A stretch of 63,935 nucleotides of DNA, the filler included, from Bigelowiella natans CCMP2755 (Eukaryota; Protista; Cercozoa): the NCBI GenBank assembly GCA_000320545.1. It is 7 parts of 7 records of this genome, joined end to end, with 100 filler letters (N's around TTAATTAATTAA, not from the genome) between each part and the next. Parts side by side here need not be neighbours in the genome. Positions count along the whole stretch, not along the records: positions 23,477 to 48,252 come from ADNK01000396.1; positions 48,353 to 56,516 come from ADNK01002893.1; 5 more parts are not named here. One strand, 5' to 3'. A program made the translations under genes and the position numbers. Of this stretch, positions 36,565 through 49,024 are shown piece by piece. The notes beneath the pieces are model-generated. The model saw only the letters and a list, made by a program, of their open reading frames with translations, had not been told where the DNA came from and did no database searches. The stretch's first letter is position 1. Each line of letters opens with the position of its first letter.

Positions 36565-37233
36565 ATGGAACTGCAAATGTCCACTGAGCACCCGATCGAC
36601 AAATGCCCATCATGCGGCATGGAAGCGGAAGAATGCGAGGAAGGATTTCACATTCATCTCATGCTCTGTGCTCGGTCTTCAATAGATATCAAGCCTCATA
36701 CGCAAGATCTTGCCAGTAAAATCCAATCAATGCTTCGCATGATCACTAAGCTCCCGCTGCGGCGAAGGATTTCGATAATGGAATCCTTTTACCGGCTATC
36801 TCGGACAACATCTGCGCGGACTTATCTTGTTTCTCCCAAAGACGGTACTTCAGATCGCCAGGTGCTGAACTTACTATACGCCCAGCCTTTTTTGTCGAGG
36901 AAGAAGACTCAAAAAAGGCCTCGTGTGAGGCCTCGACCGACCCCTATCAACACCGAACTTCCTCCATCCATGAAACGCATTCGTTCTCTTTCCTCCGTCA
37001 CAGATAGTCGATCCTTTTACCCTTTTAAGTCTGAAGCAAATGCAGAGATTTCCGATTCCACGTCGTACTCCACCTCCTCCCCGATAGTCTCTCCAAACCC
37101 CAGTCCTATTTTTCTTCCATTCGAAAAGGACGAGGGGACCGTCCCTCTCCACCTAGCCCGCAAGAATATAAATGAGGCAATGATTAGGAAGATCATCTCT
37201 CAGATTGAGCCATCCTATGATTCTAAGCGTTAG
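36565..37233 (+). CDS. Intronless protein with C-x2-C-x13-H-x3-C (UBZ-like) finger and LNK-like domain
   Basis: 222-aa ORF: CPSCG...HLMLC, then ITKLPLRRRISIMESFYRLSRTTSAR and SDRQVLNLLYAQP, which resemble the two conserved blocks of plant LNK proteins as recalled from memory; Ser/Pro-rich tail. Confidence 0.75.
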   Translation: MELQMSTEHPIDKCPSCGMEAEECEEGFHIHLMLCARSSIDIKPHTQDLASKIQSMLRMITKLPLRRRISIMESFYRLSRTTSARTYLVSPKDGTSDRQVLNLLYAQPFLSRKKTQKRPRVRPRPTPINTELPPSMKRIRSLSSVTDSRSFYPFKSEANAEISDSTSYSTSSPIVSPNPSPIFLPFEKDEGTVPLHLARKNINEAMIRKIISQIEPSYDSKR

Positions 37234-37559
37234 CAGCTGAATCATTAGCTTTACTAAAGGCAACACCTCAAATGATCGGAGCCGAGTGCTGAGGATCGTA
37301 GTGCATCCTCGGCGTAGGCGATGAAGCCAGCATATGCTCATCATCAGAAAATTATAGATCTTAATGTAATCATAACACCATAGTTGTGGGACGAAAACAT
37401 GGAGCAAGTATAAGCACATTTAAGAAAGTGAGGCACGACTTCACCAAAAGCACGTGTGCTAAGTTCACATCGTGCCGGGCAATGAATTCTATATGTAGAT
37501 ACTATTATTAAAGCCCCTTTAAGACTTCTGCTGTCGCGCATGTCCATGCATGTCTTAAA

Positions 37560-38240
37560 TGTCATCTGCGCGCACGCAGTATCGTACATGCCTGGCACGC
37601 TATGTGTACACGATGCAGCAGCTATACGGCGTGCATGCGATGCATGTCTACGTATGCGTAGGGGGTGGCTTCGCCTATTATTATATGCTATGAAACGGTT
37701 ATACTACGATTATGATTAAATTAAATATGCTATAGATATGTGCTGAAGTACTCTTTGTGCTTCCAATGTGTACATATGGCGTAGCGATATAATATAGTGT
37801 AAGCCAGCATTCTGCTAGATGTACGTACGTACGTACTAGCGTAATGCACTGCTGACGTATTAGCGTATAGCCTATGCTCGCTGCTGCGGTGACTAGCTAT
37901 TATACTATGTATGCACACAGACTCACAGCTATATAAGGATGACCATTGAACAAATTTAATTGATTCATTACATCCATCTTACATACGTCAGAGTATAAGA
38001 GCGATATATCCAACGGTAGCTACAACGACTATATGCATGACCAGCAATCTCACAATCATGCACTGAAGTCACTGTTAGAGCGCGCGCGCCTAGTGATACA
38101 CAACAGCTTCCTGAGGCTTTGTGGCTTGCGATGTCGCCTGATATGACCATTAAAGGTCCACAACACTTCCTGTGTGAGCGATACCGGTGACAAACGTAGC
38201 CCTTCATCATCATGGCTAGTATACTAATAACATGCTGAAA
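37560..38240. repeat. TGCA/CATG/TACGTA/CTAG-rich intergenic island 5
   Basis: Same compositional signature, between convergent genes. Confidence 0.5.
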
Positions 38241-38259
38241 GTTGCATGTACAGTGCGTA

Positions 38260-39497
38260 CCCATGACCCTTACAGACACAAGGTCCGTCCAAATTCCAAA
38301 AGTCAATTCACTTTCTACTGTGCACAATGTTGGTGCGTCGTCGCATTTCCTTATTACGTTTACTCGAGGTGATTGGCCAACCAAGACTGATTCGAGAAGT
38401 TGTGTGAGATTGACGGAGACAAGTAAAGGATCCATTTTAAGTATTGACTTACGCTTGTCGCATGTCGTTATCAATATCGTCCAAAGAGAACAGGTCCTTC
38501 TGAATAACGTACACAAATCTATCAAGTTGCTCGTGTTGTCTGCTGCACTTTATGCTTCCGGACCATGGCTTTCGGAATCCGAAGCTCATCGGCTGGGCGT
38601 AGTTGTGGCCCGCTTTCATTGCCTGCGCTATGCTCAGTTTTGCGCTGCCATGAAGACTGTGCAAAGAGTTGATCAGAAGAGGTCGTCGTCAAATGATTCA
38701 TCTTAGCTCGAAGTAAATGACGAACCACCTGTGTGCTCGGAGAAATGGCTATGCCAGCCTCGCGGAAGAGCTTTGCGAGAAATCTGGGGGAAAACACCCT
38801 TTCAGCAAAACTGACCATCGATTTAAAGCTCGTTGCTCAGACCGATAGAAGTAGTTGAGTATCACAACGTCCTCTGAAGTTGGAGGAGGATTGAATTCCA
38901 CGTTAATCCGAACGAACTCTGCTTCGTCAGGAACATCTGCCGTTTGTTCACCAACCACCCGCAGCCTTCTGCAGACGAACTCGAATGTAGATGCTTCTGG
39001 GTACTGTGAAGCCTTTCATACATGTTCAAGATCAGGTATTGCATCCAGAAGTCGTTGAGACGAACCTTGTACTTCACTGAGCTCTTTGAAATCTCTTCAC
39101 TGTGGTCAATCGAGCGTATTTCGTCCAGGAGAGCTGTTTGGGAGAGATGGGTTGATACTATGAGATATAGATTTAAATTTTGTTGCTTGCGATACCATTG
39201 AACCGAGCTATGTTCTCTTCGTTATTTACGATGTCATCCTCCGATATCCCCTTCGGTTATTCATACAGACCCAAGAGCAAATCAATAACAACAAAAACAT
39301 TCATCACGAAAACTACAAGATCCACTGCAGCACATATTACCTTAGTGGATTGCAGAACATCGGGATGAGTTTGAAGAAGAAACTGGCGCATATAGTGTGT
39401 TGGAGAATCCTAGTACATAAGGCAATCATAACACTGATGAGATTAATCCTGCAGCTTGTGTGCATATCAGACATTTTTCCTCGAGAGCTGTTTATAC

Positions 39498-39552
<55 letters not shown>

Positions 39553-39955
39553 TCTATCTTATGCTAAATTTTACCTTCAATTTCTGTTCTTCGATCGAGG
39601 AACTTAGATGTGCCTTCGAGATAAGTATTCCCGCTCGCAAATGACAGGAATGTATGCATGCAGGAGCAAGGCTATTTCTAGTAGCCTTTCGTGTTCCCAT
39701 GATACCTACTTGAGCGAGAGACATGTAGGACCTATATATACCGCTCTGGCTAAGCCAACCACTGGGACGCTTTATGGGCCTTGCCTCAGTGTAGCGTGTC
39801 TGCGCCGAGAGCCGGACTGTGATCCTGTTTGGTCTTGTGGAGATTCTACTGGAAACCGTCTCCGAAATGCTTTGCCGTCGAAACTTCCGAGACGAACGGT
39901 TCAACGGAGCGAGTTGTCTACGTAGCGCACTCGCCCTTTTCGCCCCCTTCCACAT
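38260..39955 (-). CDS. DUF4460/TCAIM-like protein with mitochondrial presequence (multi-exon)
   Basis: Arg/Ser-rich, nearly acid-free N-terminus MWKGAKRASALRRQLAPLNRSSRKF; exons YMRQFLLQTHPDVLQSTK, DIVNNEENIARFN, PEASTFEFVCR and RFLAKLFREAG resemble the J-like HPD domain of DUF4460. Confidence 0.5.
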
Positions 39956-40326
39956 GCTGCAATTTACCCGGTCCCTTCAAGACCAAGCATGCCAGGGGTA
40001 TCGGTCGGTCGATCAGTGGGTCCAGCGCAGATTGCCGAAGATTTTTATTCTACGACAAGGGATTCAAAGGAATTCCCGATAAACACGTTGCAACTATTGT
40101 CGTCGGCTGAAATCGGGGCAAGCGATCAGGGCTCGTAGCACTCTGCGACAACCATTTACGACAGAGATCCCCTCGATTTTCGATGAAAAGAAAGAAGCAC
40201 CAGGGGATTTTCTCGTTGTCCCGGCCTTTTTTTGGTGAGGGATGCTCCAAATCTCGCATCAATGCAAAAACGCAGGTGGTTTTAACCAATCTGCTAAAAG
40301 TGCCGAGACGAATCCCCGACGAAGCA

Positions 40327-41521
40327 ATGAGAGCCCTTGCTACCCTCCTCCTCCTCCTCTTACAGCAACTGCAAGCTGCGCAGGTGTGGAGCTCCATTTC
40401 AATTCCATCAAGGGGGGATGGGGATTCATTTTTGGTCATCCAGTTTCGAAAAATGACTGGCGGCACCACACCAAACGCACCTAGTAGTATGTTGTTGCTG
40501 AGCCCTCGATACTACCATCCCAGGCTCGTTGTGTCCCTGCCTTGTCCAGAAGTCGCTTCGCCTCAGGATTTCGAAAGTTAGTTAACCACACCCGAAATGG
40601 AAAAAATGTTTTTGAATGCGAATGGGATAATATAAAATCTAATGCCTTCTCACACATTGCAGTACGTATCAACCTAGCTCTTTGTCTCGGGTGCAGACTC
40701 GGCTGGGGAATTTGAGAGGTAACAATCGAACAAATATGCTTTACGCTTAAGACGACGGGTAATCATTGCCTTTGTCAGGACATGCTGGAAGTAATATGTG
40801 GGACATCTTGAAGGATCTGAACAAAAATGGGGGGGCAGCAGCACAACCAAGCGAGGGTGACCTCAAGCAAGCACAGGAGATGCAACAGGGAATGATGGAA
40901 TCTGTCAAGAAGACCAAAGAGAAACTCGAGAGTGCAAGATATGAAGGATACTCTAAAGATGAGTCAGTCAGGTTGATTGAATCTCATTGATTGATTGAAT
41001 TTCTTATCGTTTTCGTTCGAAGTGAAGTCATCATCTCTCTAACAACAAATCGGGAATATCATTCATTATGACGATCTAGATGGATTACAAACGGCAACTT
41101 AGAAACGGTGTCTGTGGATATTACACAAGAAGCTATGAAGCAGGTAAATTCAACATCGTTCTGTCCCGCACAATCTTCGAGCTAATTGCCTTTGGCTCTA
41201 ACTGAATCGTATAGGGCCGTGAAAAAATCTCTGAATTGCTGACTGAGGCTTCGAAGGACGCTTTTAAGGTTACGAAATGGTGGTAGTGCTGGTGGTCATT
41301 TGAAACAATCCCACAGCGAATAAATCGAAAACTTAACGCAGGAATCGGTTACGGGGATGCGAGAAAACATGGCAAGTTTTGCCAAGGACATGTATGGTAG
41401 CAATCCAATGCTCTCACAACTAGGCGGCGGGGTTGGGAATAATGCTGCCGCAAAGCTTCCTCCTACACCCCCCGGGGCTGGTAATCTCCCAAAGGATCAA
41501 GATGACTTTCCATCCATGTGA
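40327..41521 (+). CDS. Plastid-targeted YbaB/EbfC-family protein (STIC2-like)
   Basis: Signal MRALATLLLLLLQQLQAAQ, Ser/Arg transit exons, then KQAQEMQQGMMESVKKTKEKLESARYEGYSKDESVR / ITNGNLETVSVDITQEAMKQ / GREKISELLTEASKDAFK / ESVTGMRENM...*. Confidence 0.8.
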
Positions 41522-41789
41522 AGCGCGTCGACAAAAGGATTATTCGCGTAGCTCGGAAATAACCATAAATAGCGTGCCGTACCCTACCACAAGCTGCAGC
41601 CTTGGGGAAAGAAACTAATAAGGATCCATGCTATGAGTACACAATTTAGCATTGTGGTCTGCTGCCAGTGATCAACCTTCTGCGATTCGGCATGAAATTG
41701 CCGATTAATGTGTAATGTAGATGATTTGTACGATGTAAACTTAACAGGATTGACTCACTGCTCCTCGTATCGTTTTATGTTGTGGCAAG

Positions 41790-42600
41790 TAGTTCGTTGC
41801 CATTTAGCAGCTACTGCATAGCTGTCTCAGTCTTCATGCACGGATGAATGAACAAACGTATGCATGAGCTTAGGAATCGAGAGCACACAATCTTAATGTT
41901 CGTTCAAAGCACTGCGCATTGCAAGACGGATGTAATCAATCAATTAAATTTGTTCAATGGTCATCCTTATGTAGCTATGCATTGTGCTTGTCTAGCTGTG
42001 CAGTAATTATAATAGTTTGTGTTTGCTTGCTAGCTTGTGTGATTAGCTCTGCTCATTACTGTCGATGCGAAGTCAAGATTACGCATCATCATGCTAGCAT
42101 GGTGTAGCTCTTGCTAGCTTGCCTACATCTAGACATCTAGACGCTACGTATTGCAGTGGCGCAACCATTGTCCAAGCACGCCACTTTGCTTTTTCAAGCA
42201 TGAAAGACTTTACAACAACAGAAACTGATGTGCACAATTTAAGCGCTGTAGCCGCTGCACATGCATTGCATGCCAGCACGGTTACACATTAGGATGACCA
42301 TGCCTAGCATTGATCAAATTCAAAACCGACGGCTAACAACAACAAAAATACTGCATGCGGCAATGAAATCGATCATTGGACAAAGCCTGTGCTGATGAAA
42401 CAAAGCATCTAGGCACGCCTTTGGTGTGTTGGCGCCAGGACCAGTGTGACGCTGTCTATCCCACGCGCTTCACATCTTGTGGATGTACGCGGGCTTTAAT
42501 TTCTCACTTGCTTGTCATCACGTACATGTGTGAGCGTACCAATTATGCCACACGATGCAACGCCACATGTCGTGCACATCGCTATCAGCAGTAAGTGATG
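41790..42600. repeat. CTAG/TGCA/CATG-rich intergenic island 6
   Basis: GCTAGCATG, CTAGACATCTAG etc., between convergent YbaB and FHA genes. Confidence 0.6.
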
Positions 42601-42624
42601 AGGCTGTTGAATTGAGGTGTTAAT

Positions 42625-42928
42625 CTAGAGCTTTGATGACACAGGAACTGACTTCCGCAACTTCGCACCCAAGTTTGCGGCAAAATGATCAGCCTGTTTG
42701 CCAGGCTCTGGGTTGTAGGACATCATGTAACTCCTCGTCGAAGACCCTAGTTTCAGAAAATCACCCTCCAGGAGGATGCGATGCGTGCTTGGCTCGATCT
42801 TTTCGCCGTTCACAAATGTTCCATGTTGCGATCCAAGATCGGTAACCTAAATGCAGCAAATGAGCGCTCGAAGTCTACCCAGAACTATTTTCATAACATG
42901 GGTTAACAACTCACACACTATCATTTTC

Positions 42929-42971
<43 letters not shown>

Positions 42972-44235
42972 CTCTTCTGAACCAGACGCCCCGAGTAGCA
43001 CAACATATATCCCAAAACGGATCTTAATATGGTCATGGAGGTGACGATACTAGGTGCGATGGTGACGACAAATGACAACGATTGGGTTATACTTACAAAT
43101 ACATCCCCCTCCGCGTCATGCTCCAGTTTCACATGCAGTCGACTGATACTTGGGTGCAATGCTGCGATGTCTACTCCCTCGTCGAGCCCACCACGTCCCA
43201 TCAGGTAGCAGCTCTTCGTGCCTATCCCCACCTCGCTCGCAAGGCTGCCAGCCTTCACAATCACAAACTTCGCCTTCCGGTATGTAGGGGGGGCGGCAAC
43301 GAAGGCCGTTTTCCCATCGGCCCCCTCCTGTGCACGAGTTTGCTCATCACTCTGGGTCGCTCGTTGTGCCATAGCCATGAACTGAGAGTGGGGTTTCGAA
43401 TGAAGGTTTTCTTTCAAAACCCCCGTAGTTCTAGAGGACTCCCCCTCTTCCCCTTCTTTGCCTCTCCCAGGATGAAAATCGTTCAGCATGCGCTGGACCA
43501 GAAGCCGTGCGGCAAACACATCTGTGACGGGTGGCGGTGCGCGCCGTTCCTACCCGTGTTGCGTAATGGTCATGTCGTACATCGCTCGATTTGTTGTTTT
43601 CATTTGCTCACCAATCTTGCACTAAATTGTGGTAGGTGCTAGTACCTCATCTAACATCCCACGCTGAGACTCGCGCACAAGTCGAGGGTGGGGGCGACCA
43701 GTGTCGTGGAAAAGGTGGAACGTCTTCGTCGCGTTTACTTCAATCACATCAATGGTGTCCAAATTTGGTATGAGTATAGGAATGAATATTAATCGTCATC
43801 ATTCGAAATTGTACCTACGTGCTGCCACATAGCAGTGACAAGATGCTTAGACACCACCTTAGGCCTTAATACGTCCTGAAGCAAATCTTCTACAATATCC
43901 TTTGTCAGCATCTCGACCCTCAGCTGATAACAAAGAGCAATTTTGCATTGTAAGTGCCAAACAATTTTCTTGCATATCACACAGCACGCCACATGCCACA
44001 TGCAGGGGGGGGTGAGGCGCAAGTGAGCAGGAACCACCTTGGATTTTCGTATCTGAAATACAAGTGCATCTTTGTAGACCTCGGCTAACTCCGAGGCTTG
44101 CTGAAGCTCCGCAATCACCTCTGTCTCTAGGGTCACTGGTGCGATTGATTATTACGCGATTAGAAATAGATTTCATCTCATAGTTATAATTCGAGCATGT
44201 AGAATAGACAAAGAAACATCGCAAATGCAGTGCGT

Positions 44236-44274
<39 letters not shown>

Positions 44275-44303
44275 CACGCACAGACACGCATACACACGCG
44301 CAC

Positions 44304-44349
<46 letters not shown>

Positions 44350-45200
44350 CAATGTTATTTGCATGCACAATGCATTAAATGCGCCGAATACTGTTGTTCC
44401 GACGATAGACGACCTGGTCGCTGCTCTATTCTTCGAACCTTCTCCTGATTCCGGACGATGCGTGCGTAAGAGGCGTGACTTGATAAATGTCGAGCTTGGC
44501 GCGCCAGGATCTCAGGGCTTGATGGTTATTTTATTGACACAGGCAAGAAAAATAAGGAGAAGGAGGAGGAGGAACTATTGAGTGAGAACTTGCATTGGAG
44601 AAGAGGAAATAAGAAATATAAAGGGGGAGTGAATGGATACTGTAGTATTTCCCAGGCATCATCGTCATATTCACATTTTTAATCATCATCATCATCATCA
44701 CCATCATCATCATCACCATCATCGTCATCGTCATCATCGTCATCACCGTGGCGCTGTTTCCTGGGAACGCTCTGTCAGCGTTTGGATGATCTGGTTTGAT
44801 ACGGCATTACTCGGAGCAGCATCGGGATCCCTAAAGGCGGTGGTGACTAGGGCTAGGTGAGAGCCTGGCTCCTCCATTGGTCGCAGTGTGATAAGGAGAA
44901 TAAAGAAGATACCCAACGTGAGGGTCACACGACGAGGGAGCTGAGTATAGCTGTAATCATCGTCGTCGGCCGAGCTATCCGATGCAAACATGACTGAGGA
45001 ACCAGAGGGAGCGATCGAGCTTAGGTGTTATCTCAAAGACGGCAGCAAGATAGCATAAGCAGGGGCCATCATCATGGCGACTGCAGCTGCCAGAACAGCT
45101 GCGCGGGTGCGATGGCGCTCGGATTTGTCCACCCTTGCAGCCCGATCGATTGAAAGAGACGGGCAGACGGACGCGGACTAGTCGCAGACGACGGCAATGA
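42625..45200 (-). CDS. FHA-domain protein (C-terminal FHA; upstream exons tentative)
   Basis: CYLMGRGG...LHPSISRLHVKL (42911-43519 ORF) spliced to DLGSQHGTFVNGEKIEP...LKLGSSTRSY, giving canonical FHA GR, SxxH and NGT-like motifs. Further exons up to about 45200 are assigned tentatively. Confidence 0.8.
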
Positions 45201-45404
45201 CTGTGACGTCTGCAACAAAAATAAGCCTGAAACAACCAACCAACTCGAAGAATAAATACAAATCGACAAATTGGAGGAGGCCCACAAAATCCTACACAGC
45301 TGCACACGTGCGCGGATATATATCGATGTCTTCGGCGTGTATTTCTTACGGACTACGGAAAGTCAGGCAGCGGCAGCAACAACAACGACAACAATAACAA
45401 CAAC

Positions 45405-46516
45405 ATGAGGAAGGAGAATACGAGAAAACTAAAAAAAAACAGCGACGACACGGATCGCCATTTCTGGGATAAATCAATGGCATTTTTCTGATGCGACAAT
45501 AATTAATAGCTGCGAACGCTTAAGAACGCAGAGCTATTCGTCGTTCTTCGTCAGCGCTGTGATCTCTTCCAAGGAAAAATGGCTTCGGCGCACCAGATCG
45601 CAGGTTGCATTGCTTTTGCGCCGAGTTCAAAGCCGAAACGGGGGGGGGGGGGCAGGATAGCTGTTGTACTGATGCTACTGCTACCTCATGTAAGGGGATG
45701 AGGTGGGCGTAAAAATAGAGCAACCTTGTGCAGCTCTTCCGAGCCTGAGACATCGATAATCTATCACTGAAGCTGATGACGTAATTTCTTCCCAGGCCTC
45801 ACGGCTGACGAACAACCTAGTGGGAGGTACAATTACAAGTAGATGATTACTCTGCCTTACTCTAGCTTAACGTCTTCACGATCCACTGTTCGAGTTGTTC
45901 TCCATTGTGACTGCCATGACCCGCACTACTCTTTCCGCTTTATTCTGTCTGGGTGCTAACAACGATAGATGGTACGATTTGGATGATTGTGTTCTGATGG
46001 AGGATGGAACTTACAAAGTCAAAGTTGCAGACAGCGCGGCCGCAAGAAAGGTGTGTACGCTGCATCGGTGGTCGGGAGATTGTTCGTTCATTCATTTCTG
46101 CTGCGGTGTTCGTAGGGATACAAATAAAATATTCGCAGCCCTTTACACGAGGACATGCATTCGTTGTGCATTCGTTGAACCATGTTACCCAAAGAATGCC
46201 AACCACGCGCGCGCGCGCGCGCACACACACACACACACATGCATGCATGCAAAGATATTCATATCGTTAGTTATTATTATTACCAAAAATGTATGCGTCT
46301 ACGTGTGTGTGTTTGTGCTTGCGTATCCTGGAAAACATTGTCATGCAATATATAGGCTGGGATGGCAGGTGCTAGTGCGTCCAGTGTCGACTCCAGATTC
46401 ATTCGAATAAGACCTACGATTAAGGAGGAGAAAGGGGAGGAGAACGAGGGGGGGGAGGCAAGACAGCAAACTAACTTGAAAAAGGACAAAAATATGGCCG
46501 GGAAGGTCAGATACAC

Positions 46517-46583
<67 letters not shown>

Positions 46584-46891
46584 AGTGTATATATGCCACA
46601 TCACGTGCTGGGCGCTCAGGCTGCCGCTGCTGGCACCGCTGGGAAGGGCGCCAAGAGTCGCCACAGCAGCAATCGCAACGACAGTACTGGTGGTCACAAT
46701 GTCGAGAAGGAGGAGCTGCACCATCACCACACGAAGGAAGATGAGCAGAAAGGAGAAGGAAGAAGAGACGGGTTAGGCTCGGCGAGTAGTAGGGGAGGAA
46801 ACTTGAGCGCTTTAGAAGCGTTAATGCTTGATGAAAGTGATGACGACAACCACGCTGGAACGACAGAGAAGGTTGCATTCTCGAATGGAAG
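45405..46891 (+). CDS. Multi-exon low-complexity protein of unknown function
   Basis: Exons MRKENTRKLKKNSDDTDRHFWDK, GANNDRWYDLDDCVLMEDGTYKVKV, AGMAGASASSVDSRFIRIRP...AGK, VYMPHHVLGAQ... with GT/AG ends. Confidence 0.55.
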
Positions 46892-46926
46892 GTGATGCTA
46901 CGGCATGTGGTGATACTACTTATACT

Positions 46927-47009
<83 letters not shown>

Positions 47010-47189
47010 ATAATAGGTAAGGAATACAATATGTCAAAAATATTTAGATGTTATTTGTGAGAAAAACAATAGAATATATACTTCATACTGAAAATAGTCC
47101 AGGGTAACTTTTTCCCCAGGGTGTGCGTGTGTGTGTGTGTGTTTGCGCGCGCGCGCGTGCGTGTGTTTGTGCGTGTGTGTGTGCCTTTG

Positions 47190-48145
47190 TGTGTTTTCGT
47201 TGCCTCCGTGCGACATCAGCCATGCTGCAGCGTTGTAGGATTGAGAGCGCAGATGTTATCGAAATGAACATTTTACGACTTCTAACTTTGTTGGGAACGG
47301 TTGTGTGCGTGCTTGTGTGTGCTTGTGTGTGTTGTGTGCGTGTTGGCGCGTGTGGCCATCATATTATACTGTCACAGAATAAATGGAGGTAGCATAAGCC
47401 AACAGGGCAAAGAGTCCAGATCAAAATCATGTAAATCAAAACAGTCTATACTATAAAATCAGTATCCTACTCCCGTGCTTCCCCCCCCCCCCCCCCCCCC
47501 CTTTTTTTTTCCTCATCCTTTCGCCACACGTGTGCGTCTGTGTGTGGTGTTCGTGCCTGGTGCGAAGTTGCAGATAAACATATGATGGCCAACCATGCTT
47601 ACTGCAGTAGTTGTTATGATACGATAGACACTTGCTCTATTCCAACTAGCGCATTGACCCCCCCCCCCGCCACCTTGAATCAACAGCTGGCACTTCGAAG
47701 AGCCATGCTCCCGTTCCTGCTACTTCTGCTGCTGCTGCCTCTTCCTCTGTTTCATCTGGAGGAAAATCGAAGACGACAACAACAACAACAACAGCGACGA
47801 CGACGACGACAATGATATCCTCCTCATCATCATCTGGAGAGGTGGTTCCCTGCCACCCTACATATGCCCCCCCCCCCCCTCCTCCGCCTTCGCCCTGGAA
47901 TCTTACCATTTTTTATCACCGAGCTGGGTTCCACTCCACGAGGGAGGGCTGCTCCTTCGTCTTTTTCTTCTAGCCTGGCGAGTGATGGTGAAGTCACACT
48001 GGCATGATGCTCAGGTCAAAAAGGGCGGAGGGGGGAGAACAGCGACAACAAGCGTACACATCCCGTCTAGGAAAGCTTCCAAAAATGGTAAATGGTGGGG
48101 GGGGGAGAACCCTTTGACGATGTCGGAAACAACGTGCTGAATGTG

Positions 48146-48189
<44 letters not shown>

Positions 48190-48454
48190 TTATCATGATA
48201 GTGTGTAGATGTGTGCTCGCCCAGCTTAGGTGTCATAAAAAGGTGCTTGCGTNNNNNNNNNNNNNNNNNNNNNNNNNNNNNNNNNNNNNNNNNNNNTTAA
48301 TTAATTAANNNNNNNNNNNNNNNNNNNNNNNNNNNNNNNNNNNNNNNNNNNNGAGAGAAAGAGTGAGAGAAAGACAAAATCGAAGAAACATGGAGACATT
48401 GTGCGAAGAAAAGCAAATAGCGTATAATCACAATCATCTGCTAATAACCCTCTC

Positions 48455-48499
<45 letters not shown>

Positions 48500-48984
48500 T
48501 TTCTCCCATCCCACCTCTGTATTAAAGCCCATCGTTGGAATCGTAGCGACTGTCTGTGGGTCACACGCGCATAATGCACACACACACACACACACAAACA
48601 CAACATCACACACAAACACACACACACACACACACACACACGCAAACACACATACCACCCACGGCAGCACGCCCCATAATAACACGCATATGTATAACGC
48701 AGAGGAGGCGGAGGATAAAAACGATCGGATCGCACTTTTCCGAGCCGTAGCTTGTAGAGAACTGCTGTTTTCCCTGCAGAATCTAAGCCGAGCATCACCA
48801 CCTGACGATGCAAATGCGCGAGACTCATACGATGCCCTCAATCTTGAGGTTACGCTTTTTGTCGGTGGGAGGTGACGATGTGTTGGCTAGTGCATCTTGC
48901 GAAGGCCAATATATGTCATATAAATGTACTATGGAAATGCAACTATCAGCTTGACCCCTCTCTCCACACACACACACACACACA

Positions 48985-49024
<40 letters not shown>

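Noticed and set aside
45520-45753. Minus-strand 77-aa ORF as the start of the FHA gene
   Set aside because: It overlaps plus-strand exon-like segments with good splice sites belonging to the gene starting at 45405.
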